From contig OZ242005.1 in assembly GCA_965204725.1 (NCBI GenBank), positions 384,001 to 448,000 of the forward strand: a stretch of 64,000 nucleotides of DNA, written 5' to 3'. Positions 50,101 to 57,520 of this stretch are shown here, one piece after another (position 1 is the stretch's first letter; each line of letters opens with the position of its first letter). The stretch comes from Candidatus Latescibacterota bacterium. Its GTDB lineage: Bacteria > Latescibacterota > UBA2968 > UBA8231. The notes below the pieces were generated by a model that saw only the letters and a list, made by a program, of their open reading frames with translations, searched no databases and was not told the origin of the DNA. The position numbers and the translations under genes are program-made.

Positions 50101-53100
50101 TCCGTGCCGTTTGAGTTTCCATCGTTGACCGTCAGAGTGAACGTCAGCGTCACGTTGGCGGTTACATTCGGCGCGGTGAACGAGGGCGTCTGTGTCGTCG
50201 CGCCGGTCAACGTCACGTTCGGACTGCCCGCCGTCTGAGCCCATGAATACGTCAGGCCCTGACTCTCTGGGTCGCTGCCGCTGCCCGAAAGAGACACCGT
50301 GTCCCCTTCGTTCACGGTCTTGTCAGTGCCGGCGTTGGCCGACGGCGCGTCGTTATCGGCCGTGATGGTGATTTCTACGGTATCGGTGTCCGTCGAGTTC
50401 CCATCGCCGACCGTCAGAGTGAATGTCAGCGTCGCGTTGGCGAGCAACTCCGGCGCGGTGAACGAGGGCGTTTGTGTCGTCGCGCCCGTCAACGTCACGT
50501 TTGGGCTGCCCCCCGTCTGACTCCATGAATACGTCAGGCTCTGCCCCTCTGGGTCGGTGCCACTACCGGAAAGGGACACCGTGTCGCCTTCGTCCACGGT
50601 CTGGTTCGTGCCCGCTTCGGCTGTCGGCGCGTCGTTATCGCCTCGGACGGTGATTTCTACGGTATCCGTGCCGTTCAAAACCCCATCGTTGACCGTCAGG
50701 GTAAACGTCAGCGTCACGTTGGCGACTACATTCGGCGCAGTGAACGAGGGCGTCTGCGTCGTCGCACCCGTCAAGGTTACGGTCGGGCTGCCCCCCGTCT
50801 GACTCCATGAATACGTCAGGTTCTGACTCTCCGGATCGCTGCCACTGCCCGAAAGGGACACCGTGTCGCCTTCGTCCACCGTCTGGTTCATGCCGGCGTT
50901 GGCTGTCGGCGCATCGTTGTCCGCCACGATGGTGATGTCCACCGTATCCGTGCCGTTTGAGGTCCCATCGTTGACTGTCAGGGTGAACGTCAGCGTCACG
51001 TTGGCGACTACGTTCGGCGCAGTGAACGAGGGCGTTTTTGTCGTCGCGCCCGTCAACGTCACGTTCGGGCTGCCCCCCGTCTGAGCCCACGAATACGTCA
51101 GGGTCTGCCCCTCCGGATCGGTGCCACTGCCCGAAAGGGAGACCTCGGCCCCTTCGGCCACGGACTGGTCATCACCGGCGCTGGCCGACGGCGCGTCGTT
51201 ATCGGCGCGGATGATGATGTCCACCGTATCCGTGCCGTTTGAGGTCCCATCGTTGACCGTCAGGGTAAACGTCAGCGTCGCGTTGGCGAGCAACTCCGGC
51301 GCGGTGAACGAGGGCGTTTGCGTCGTCGCGCCGGTCAACGTCACGTTTGGGCTGCCCCCCGTCTGACTCCACGAATACGTCAGGTTCTGACTCTCCGGAT
51401 CGCTGCCGCTGCCCGAAAGAGACACCGTGTCGCCTTCGTCCACCGTCTGGTCAGTGCCCGCGTTAGCCGACGGCGCGTCGTTGTCGGCGCGGATGATGAT
51501 GTCCACCGTATCCGTGCCGTTTGAGGTCCCATCGTTGACCGTCAGGGTAAACGTCAGCGTCGCGTTGGCGAGCAACTCCGGCGCGGTGAACGAAGGGGTT
51601 TTCGTCGTCGCACCCGACAACGTCACGTTTGGGCTGCCCGGCGTCTGAGCCCACGAATACGTCAGATTCTGACTCTCCGGATCGGTGCCGCTGCCCGACA
51701 GGGACACCGTGTCGCCTTCGTCCACCGTCTGGTCAGTGCCCGCGTTGGCCGACGGCGCGTCGTTATCGGCCGTGATGGTGATGTCCACCGTATCCGTGCC
51801 GTTTGAGGTCCCATCGTTGACCGTCAGGGTAAACGTCAGCGTCGCGTTGGCGAGCAACTCCGGCGCGGTGAACGAAGGGGTTTTCGTCGTCGCACCCGAC
51901 AACGTCACGTTTGGGCTGCCCGGCGTCTGAGCCCACGAATACGTCAGGTTCTGACTCTCTGGATCGGTGCCGCTGCCCGAAAGGGACACCGTGTCGCCTT
52001 CGTCCACCGTCTGGTCAGTGCCCGCGTTAGCCGACGGCGCGTCGTTATCGGCCGTGATGGTGATTTCTACGGTATCCGTGCCGTTTGAGGTCCCATCGTT
52101 GACTGTCAGGGTGAACGTCAGCGTCACGTTGGCGAGCAACTCCGGCGCGGTGAACGAAGGGGTTTTCGTCGTCGCGCCGGTCAACGTCACGTTTGGGCTG
52201 CCCCCCGTCTGACTCCACGAATACGTCAGGTTCTGACTCTCTGGATCGGTGCCACTGCCCGAAAGGGACACCGTGTCGCCTTCGTCCACCGTCTGGTCAG
52301 TGCCCGCGTTAGCCGACGGCGCGTCGTTATCGGCCGTGATGGTGATTTCTACGGTATCCGTGCCATTTGAGGTCCCATCGTTGACTGTCAGGGTGAACGT
52401 CAGCGTCACGTTGGCGAGCAACTCCGGCGCGGTAAACGAGGGCGTCTGCGTCGTCGCCCCCGTCAACGTCACGGTCGGGGTGCCCCCCGTCTGACTCCAT
52501 GAATACGTCAGGGCACCACTCTCTGGGTCGCTGCCGCTGCCCGAAAGAGACACCGTATCGCCTTCGTCCACGGTCTGGTTCATGCCGGCGTTGGCTGTCG
52601 GCGCGTCGTTCTCAGCTTGGATGGTGATGTCCACCGTATCCGTGCCGTTCAAGGTCCCATCGTTGACCGTTAGGGTGAACGTCAGCGTCGCGTCGGTGGT
52701 CACCTCGGGCGCGGTGAACGAAGGGGTTTTCGTCGTCGCACCCGTCAACGTCACGTTTGGGGTGCCCGCCGTCTGGCTCCATGAATACGTCAGGCTCTGT
52801 CCCTCCGGGTCGGTGCCGCTGCCCGAAAGGGACACCGAGGTGCCGTCGGCCACGGTCTGGTTCATGCCGGCGTTGGCTGTCGGCGCGTCGTTATCGGCTT
52901 GGATGGTGATGTCCACCGTATCGGTATCCGTCAAGCTCCCATCGCTGACCGTCAGGGTGAACGTCAGCGTCGCGTCGGCGATTAGATTCGGCGCGGTGAA
53001 CGAGGGCGTTTGCGTCGTCGCGCCCGTCAACGTCACGGTCGGAGTGCCCCCCGTCTGCGTCCACGAATAAGTCAGAGCACTACTCTCCGGGTCGGTGCCG

Positions 53101-55934
53101 CTACCCGAAAGGGACACTGCGTCGCCTTCGGCCACGGTCTGGTCATCACCCGCGTTAGCCGTGGGTATGCCGTCCACTGCGATGGTGAACGTCAGCGTGG
53201 CGGGGTCGTTGTCGATATCGGTGACTTTCCACGTGTAGGTGGTCGCCGCTTGGTTCACGCTCGGCGTACCGGAGACCCTCTGGGTGGTCGTGTTCCGGGT
53301 CACGCCCCTCGGCAAGCTCGGCGACAGGGTGTAGGTCAGCGTGCCATTGCCACCGCTGGCCGTGGGCAGGGTGAACGCGGTAATCGCTTGGTTCTGACTC
53401 CACGCTTGGTTGGAAATGGTCTGTTGGCCAAAGGTCGGCATCCGGTCCGTGGCCATTGAGAAGTCCGTGGTCACCGAGAAGTTCGCGCTCACCCCGCCGA
53501 TGGTGACCGTGGCGGAGGTAGTCGCGCGGAAAGCACTACTGGAGGTGACCTTGACGGCAACGGTCTGCGCGTTGGTGATCGTCGCGCCGGTGAAGTCGTT
53601 GCCATCGACGACTAAGGTGCCGCCGGTGACCGAGATGGGCGCGGCTCCGTTGAGGCCGCTTATGGTGACGGTATTGCTGGTGATCGTCGTGCTGGGCATC
53701 ACCCCGTTTTGCGCGGTGAACGTGAACGCATCCGGCGCGGTGTCCGCGACCGAGTATGAGCCATTGACCTTCACCTCAGCCATGTGCAAATAGTTGCTAC
53801 CCGTCAACTGCACCCGTACATAACGGCCCGTGCGATTAACATTGGCGATCGTCGTCGGGCGACCCGCCCTACCGCTCTGGTGATATTCCGCAACCCCCGA
53901 CTGTGCCCGACTCGCCGCTACGGAAGTACCGGTAAAACGCACGTCCGAGACAAACACATAATAGTTCGATAACCGATCAGGGCACTCGGACGGGCAGTCA
54001 GTACGGTTGTATATCTGGATATTGTCGATATAGCTGACCGTACCCAGATCCACTTCCCACCAGTTTTCAGAACCGAACCTCGTGTGAGAAACCTCATTGC
54101 CGGACCCTGCGGTATTGCCATCCACCGCTATACTCGCAACAGAGCGCCCCTCCGTACCCGACTGATAGGCGGGCTTGCCCTGTGCCAAGTTACTAACAGT
54201 GGCTGTATCCACTTGGAAACGTTGCGTCACTTCATCGGCATAGTACGTAACATCGCCGCTGTTCTTGGCCTTGATCACCACTTCCCCGGTCCCAGTGCCT
54301 ACCGTCACCTTGTTACCCACAAGGGTGGCCGGACCCGATACCACTTCATAGCTAACGGTCAAACCGAACGCATCCGTGGTGGCATTCAGGTAGAACACCT
54401 CATTGGGGTATTTGTTCGGAATCGCCGGAAAGGTAATACGCTGCACAGTCTTGCCATCGTTGATCCGACCCAGCAGGTCATAGCGGGTCATTAGGCTCCA
54501 GCTTGACCCGCCATCGGTGGTCGAGATCAGCGGGGTCGGATACGCCGAGAAGTACTGAGTGGGGCTGATAGTCTGGTTAGTGCCTTCGTCCAGCCCCACC
54601 AGATAGAGATTACGACGCCCGGATTGGCGGTCCATAAACAAACGCTGATGCGGCACCGAATGATTGGCCTTCACCTCCACATCCGGGGCCAGCAATACCT
54701 TCTCGTTGTCCCAAGCCGTCGCACTTCTGGGACGCCGTGAATAGCCGACACCCCTATAGAGGCCAGGACTCGCCAAGGGTCCAGTATAGGTCCGGTAGCT
54801 GGTGTGCAGGGTATCGCCGTCATCAATTACCAGATCGACATAGGTCGTCGCCTTGTTGACATTGGGCACGTTGGAATTCTGGTTGGTTAGGGTCGAGGTG
54901 GTATTGGTACTGGTCGCCTTATAGTAAGGAAAGGTCTCCCCGTGGGTGCCCAAAATAACAATCACAGTATCCGTTGAAGTAATACCGATGACCGGCATAG
55001 AGTGGGGATCGGCCCAATAGTGCGGCCGCTCGGGAATTCCGTGGGTTTGCGCGAGATGGGCATGATGGTCAATGTTTTTCGTTGCCCGGTCTATCGTCGC
55101 CACCCAGATCCGCGAACTGTTGGAAGGGTTGCCACTGGCGTCTTTCTCCGACAAATAGGTAACATGTATTTTGCCGTTCTTGCTAACCACCGAGGGTGTT
55201 CCGCCAGAATGCGAAGAATGCGATTCTGCACGGGTCTTTGCCAGAGTAAGAGTATCACTCAAGCTCAGGGTGCCATTGCTGTTTTTAGAGGGTATATACA
55301 GGCGCAGTTTATGCCGATTCGCAAGACTGACCCAAGGCCATGTTATAATCACGGGGGGGTTGGAATTGTCGCCATGGCTCATGTTTTTTTCGATGTTAAC
55401 AGGACCAGGAATCTCGTAGATATGGAAAACTGGGGAAGATGCGGTAATATCGGGCGAGTACAGCAAGCGCCATTCGTGGTTAGAAATCTGCAAAGGCGCA
55501 TAGAGCGCATCGTTGCTATCAATGGTTATCTCGGTATAAAAAAGCTTACTGTATCCTGTCCAATCCGCCGTACTGCCGGACGCCGTACTATAATCAATAT
55601 CGTGCCACAGCCCATTGCGCAGCGTCCTGATCTTGCCTGTCAACGTGCCTGTCCGGTCTGCTAAAAAATAGGGGCGGTTTTTGGAATCAAAGGCAATAGC
55701 AAGCCCCATGGGCGTATCCACACCTTCTACCTGTATCGGTTGCTGCGAGTGGGGCGGATAGGTCCAAACCGGAAACGCAGCATGAGCGGTGGTGCTCACA
55801 CTCAACAGGCCCAATAGCAAAAGCAGGGACCACCAGACACCAGATAAGGCACGAAATGTTGATCCGCAGCGTCCTTTCGCACATAAGGCGTCATCCCGCG
55901 CAAGCGGGAAACGCCCGCGCTTCCCACCCGTCAT
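47190..55934 (-). CDS. Giant secreted adhesin, copy A: BNR/propeller-like head, F-type lectin, Ig/He_PIG, 14 PKD-like repeats, cadherin-like, FN3 x2, T9SS/FlgD-like CTD
   Basis: About 2900-aa ORF; signal peptide ...LLLLLGLLSVSTTAHA; Asp-box-like STTDGGSSW; NLAQGKPAYQS...SHT...WWEVDLG...YNRTD; C-terminal NNPNPFNAST...IYNVLGQ...ASGVY...LLIK. Start codon uncertain. Confidence 0.85.
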   Translation of the reverse strand: MTGGKRGRFPLARDDALCAKGRCGSTFRALSGVWWSLLLLLGLLSVSTTAHAAFPVWTYPPHSQQPIQVEGVDTPMGLAIAFDSKNRPYFLADRTGTLTGKIRTLRNGLWHDIDYSTASGSTADWTGYSKLFYTEITIDSNDALYAPLQISNHEWRLLYSPDITASSPVFHIYEIPGPVNIEKNMSHGDNSNPPVIITWPWVSLANRHKLRLYIPSKNSNGTLSLSDTLTLAKTRAESHSSHSGGTPSVVSKNGKIHVTYLSEKDASGNPSNSSRIWVATIDRATKNIDHHAHLAQTHGIPERPHYWADPHSMPVIGITSTDTVIVILGTHGETFPYYKATSTNTTSTLTNQNSNVPNVNKATTYVDLVIDDGDTLHTSYRTYTGPLASPGLYRGVGYSRRPRSATAWDNEKVLLAPDVEVKANHSVPHQRLFMDRQSGRRNLYLVGLDEGTNQTISPTQYFSAYPTPLISTTDGGSSWSLMTRYDLLGRINDGKTVQRITFPAIPNKYPNEVFYLNATTDAFGLTVSYEVVSGPATLVGNKVTVGTGTGEVVIKAKNSGDVTYYADEVTQRFQVDTATVSNLAQGKPAYQSGTEGRSVASIAVDGNTAGSGNEVSHTRFGSENWWEVDLGTVSYIDNIQIYNRTDCPSECPDRLSNYYVFVSDVRFTGTSVAASRAQSGVAEYHQSGRAGRPTTIANVNRTGRYVRVQLTGSNYLHMAEVKVNGSYSVADTAPDAFTFTAQNGVMPSTTITSNTVTISGLNGAAPISVTGGTLVVDGNDFTGATITNAQTVAVKVTSSSAFRATTSATVTIGGVSANFSVTTDFSMATDRMPTFGQQTISNQAWSQNQAITAFTLPTASGGNGTLTYTLSPSLPRGVTRNTTTQRVSGTPSVNQAATTYTWKVTDIDNDPATLTFTIAVDGIPTANAGDDQTVAEGDAVSLSGSGTDPESSALTYSWTQTGGTPTVTLTGATTQTPSFTAPNLIADATLTFTLTVSDGSLTDTDTVDITIQADNDAPTANAGMNQTVADGTSVSLSGSGTDPEGQSLTYSWSQTAGTPNVTLTGATTKTPSFTAPEVTTDATLTFTLTVNDGTLNGTDTVDITIQAENDAPTANAGMNQTVDEGDTVSLSGSGSDPESGALTYSWSQTGGTPTVTLTGATTQTPSFTAPELLANVTLTFTLTVNDGTSNGTDTVEITITADNDAPSANAGTDQTVDEGDTVSLSGSGTDPESQNLTYSWSQTGGSPNVTLTGATTKTPSFTAPELLANVTLTFTLTVNDGTSNGTDTVEITITADNDAPSANAGTDQTVDEGDTVSLSGSGTDPESQNLTYSWAQTPGSPNVTLSGATTKTPSFTAPELLANATLTFTLTVNDGTSNGTDTVDITITADNDAPSANAGTDQTVDEGDTVSLSGSGTDPESQNLTYSWAQTPGSPNVTLSGATTKTPSFTAPELLANATLTFTLTVNDGTSNGTDTVDIIIRADNDAPSANAGTDQTVDEGDTVSLSGSGSDPESQNLTYSWSQTGGSPNVTLTGATTQTPSFTAPELLANATLTFTLTVNDGTSNGTDTVDIIIRADNDAPSASAGDDQSVAEGAEVSLSGSGTDPEGQTLTYSWAQTGGSPNVTLTGATTKTPSFTAPNVVANVTLTFTLTVNDGTSNGTDTVDITIVADNDAPTANAGMNQTVDEGDTVSLSGSGSDPESQNLTYSWSQTGGSPTVTLTGATTQTPSFTAPNVVANVTLTFTLTVNDGVLNGTDTVEITVRGDNDAPTAEAGTNQTVDEGDTVSLSGSGTDPEGQSLTYSWSQTGGSPNVTLTGATTQTPSFTAPELLANATLTFTLTVGDGNSTDTDTVEITITADNDAPSANAGTDKTVNEGDTVSLSGSGSDPESQGLTYSWAQTAGSPNVTLTGATTQTPSFTAPNVTANVTLTFTLTVNDGNSNGTDTVEITITADNDAPTAEAGMNQTVDEGAEVSLSGSGSDPESGALTYLWTQTGGSPNVTLTGATTQTPSFTAPNVTANVTLTFTLTVNDGNSNGTDTVEITIRADNDAPTANAGTDQTVDEGDAVSLSGSGSDPESGALTYLWSQTGGSPNVTLTGATTQTPSFTAPELTANVTLTFTLTVSDGTLNGTDTVDITITADNDAPTANAGTDRTVAEGAEVSLSGSGSDPESGALTYLWTQTGGSPNVTLTGATTQTPSFTAPDLTTDATLTFTLTVSDGNSNGTDTVAITVTADPNRAPVASSAIAAQTLTVGGPNITVNAANHFSDPDGDALTYTARLSETDIATVGVAGAIVTIRPVAVGDVTITVTANDGTLKAEQTIEVAVIQAAHTPETTPDAFSFTPRTQVSPSATVTSNAITVSGLEAPASISVRGGTLVVDGSTFTGATVSNGQTVAVQVRASSRYAATTTATVTIGGVSADFSVTTRTPNTTPGSFSFTAQTGVDPGATVTSNAITVRGLEAPTSISVSGGSLVVNGRAFSGSTITNRQTVAVQVTASVGFNTTTIATVTIGGVSADFVVTTAEVMLNEITFSAEELSVGINEAFDPTTLTYTADVAHAESRLTGAAAAATGQVAIITPDDADPETAGHQVDLAVGTTAIIFRVTASDGTTARYYTVLVRRPPGQVTGVEITPRAGQLVVSWEQVPGADGYKVQWKTDDQAFDDVRQMTIISGTTTTATIPNLTAGTTYSVQVIATETDAGDGTASTPSTDMPRAAPPGQVTGVQVMAGVGQLHVSWTAVPGADGYKVQWKTGAQAYDPATRQATVPDSTVEVEAAYDRTTRQAAVPIPTSYIIPGLAADTQYTVRVIATRTLADDGMPSAEATGTPNASLLNNPNPFNASTMIHYALAHGQPVRLTIYNVLGQVVARLVDGYQAAGVYHVRWEAPSTLASGVYLVRLRLREDAQIRRILLIK
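49222..53170 (-). repeat. 14 tandem 282-bp (94-aa) PKD-like repeats
   Basis: Counted 14 units of APxAxAGxxQTVxEGxxVSLSGSGxDPE...TPSFTAP...LTFTLTVxDG in the translation. Confidence 0.9.
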
Positions 55935-55983
55935 CCCGCGAAAGAACGTCACCCCGCGCCTCGACACGGGGCGGGAATCCAGC
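55929..55983. repeat. Extended family-A palindrome
   Basis: Reverse complement is nearly identical to 628-681. Confidence 0.8.
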
Positions 55984-56019
55984 CTTGAATGATATGGAGT
56001 AGCTTAAACACTAGGGGAC

Positions 56020-56228
56020 CTAGTCTTCCGGGTTAAACTCCAAAGCGAGGATCGACGCCCTAAGCTGGACGTTTCTTCTGACTTCAGCGGCGATTTTTTC
56101 GGGATCGAGCTCCGGCTCGTCCCAACTCGCTCGCCAGATACTATACTCGGACTCTATATCGAATCCACTTCGACGCGGCTCGCTCTCAACCACATAGAAC
56201 AGCCGACTCCCGGCCATATCAAGGGCAA
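56020..56228 (-). pseudogene. 3' fragment duplicate of the 62659-64000 gene
   Basis: Near-identical to 62659-62867 (MAGSRLFY...LEFNPED); homology stops at 56228. Confidence 0.9.
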
Positions 56229-56246
56229 AGAGAGGGAACTATACAG

Positions 56247-56300
56247 AAGATCGCGCTCGGTGGCCTGCAACATCGCCCTTGCACATTTAGGATCGCTCAT
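56247..56300 (-). pseudogene. Truncated HEPN-like partner gene (first ~18 codons)
   Basis: MSDPKCARAMLQATERDL overlaps the MNT stop as expected for a HEPN partner, then runs into the duplication junction. Confidence 0.55.
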
Positions 56301-56622
56301 AAAGCACCTTCCCCTCGCGCAGTGCCCGCGCCAAAACGTGGTTGAGGGAATCGCGCCAGTAGGCGACGTCTGCACGGGAATAGACCAAGACATCGGCCGG
56401 GACGGAAAATCCCGCTAGCGCGTGATAGAGCCGGACCATCTCTTGGCGGCGACTGCGCCCCGGACCAAACGGCTCGGCTTCCAAGACGATCAGATCGACG
56501 TCCGAGTCTTCCCGCTCGTCGCCCCGGCCACGAGAGCCGAAGAGGATTACCTGCTCGGGATCGACTTCGGCGACGATGGCCTGGACCATCTGCTCAATGA
56601 GGGTGTCGGTGATGTAGGTCAC
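56287..56622 (-). CDS. Minimal nucleotidyltransferase (MNT) domain protein
   Basis: PEQVILFGSRGRGD..EDSDVDLIVL, ADVLV, ALREGKVLYE. Confidence 0.9.
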   Translation of the reverse strand: MTYITDTLIEQMVQAIVAEVDPEQVILFGSRGRGDEREDSDVDLIVLEAEPFGPGRSRRQEMVRLYHALAGFSVPADVLVYSRADVAYWRDSLNHVLARALREGKVLYERS

Positions 56623-56726
56623 GGGCGGGGTCTCGGGTGTGCGGCTCCTATATAATGCTCGGCTTTACATCTATCGACTGAGCAGCGGGCGGAAGGACCT
56701 GCTCCTAGGGAGACGACACCATAGAA

Positions 56727-57047
56727 CTAGCCGTCAAATCCCAATGCAAAAAGCAACGCACCGCGCAATTCTTCCAGCTTTGCCAAGGGGAGAGATACGA
56801 TTAAGGTGCCTATTTTACCCTTGGACACGGTCTGGATGTGATCGAGGTTGATCGCACACTCTTTGGGCATTCCATCTCGTTGAGATAGCAGTACTTCTGA
56901 GGGAATGTCCCGAATGGTTGACGTCACCGGCGCTACAGTGATTTCGCCCAGATATTTAATCGCCGAATCCCTAGTGAGAATAACAACGGGTCTCCTCTTG
57001 TCTGGCTGGGCGAATCGGTACCAACGAACTTCACCGCGCCGCATCAC
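56727..57047 (-). CDS. mazF: PemK/MazF family toxin
   Basis: RRGEV, DKRRPVVILTR, VAPVTST, INLDHIQTV. Confidence 0.9.
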   Translation of the reverse strand: MMRRGEVRWYRFAQPDKRRPVVILTRDSAIKYLGEITVAPVTSTIRDIPSEVLLSQRDGMPKECAINLDHIQTVSKGKIGTLIVSLPLAKLEELRGALLFALGFDG

Positions 57048-57274
57048 TCAACCCACACTTGTTCGTCTTCCCAAGAGCTAAATTCGCCAGATTGAACCGG
57101 CTTGCGGGCATATCCCTCCCGGTGTTTTTGCTCCTTTTCTTTTATTTCTTCATACCTGAGCGCAACGTATAGAGCCTCGCGCGCAAAAGCCGATCGCGTT
57201 GTACCTGTTTTTTTTACGACCTTATCAACCGCCTCAATCAGTTCCTCGTCGAGGGTCATTTGGACTGTTCGCAT
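57044..57274 (-). CDS. Ribbon-helix-helix (CopG-type) antitoxin
   Basis: MRTVQMTLDEEL...TRSAFAREAL; overlaps the toxin start. Confidence 0.88.
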   Translation of the reverse strand: MRTVQMTLDEELIEAVDKVVKKTGTTRSAFAREALYVALRYEEIKEKEQKHREGYARKPVQSGEFSSWEDEQVWVE

Positions 57275-57400
57275 GTCTTGGCCTCCAGCATTGATTGCAA
57301 CAGAATGGCTATTTATAGCGATAACCTATGTCGCGTTGCCTGTCAAGCAGTCCACACCCCCTACAAGCGGCGCATAAAGTACGCGTCCCTTGCTTTGCGT

Positions 57401-57477
57401 CCGCCTTTTCTGGTGTTGCCGTTGCGCCTGGGATCGAGGGCGTCCCGCCCTCGGCGAGGGCAAGATGCCCTCGATCC
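57401..57477. repeat. REP-like element, family B, with extended flank
   Basis: Matches 13309-13385. Confidence 0.85.
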
Positions 57478-57520
57478 TGAGAGGACGGAGGGCTGGTGTC
57501 GTGTAGTACAAGCGGCGCAT

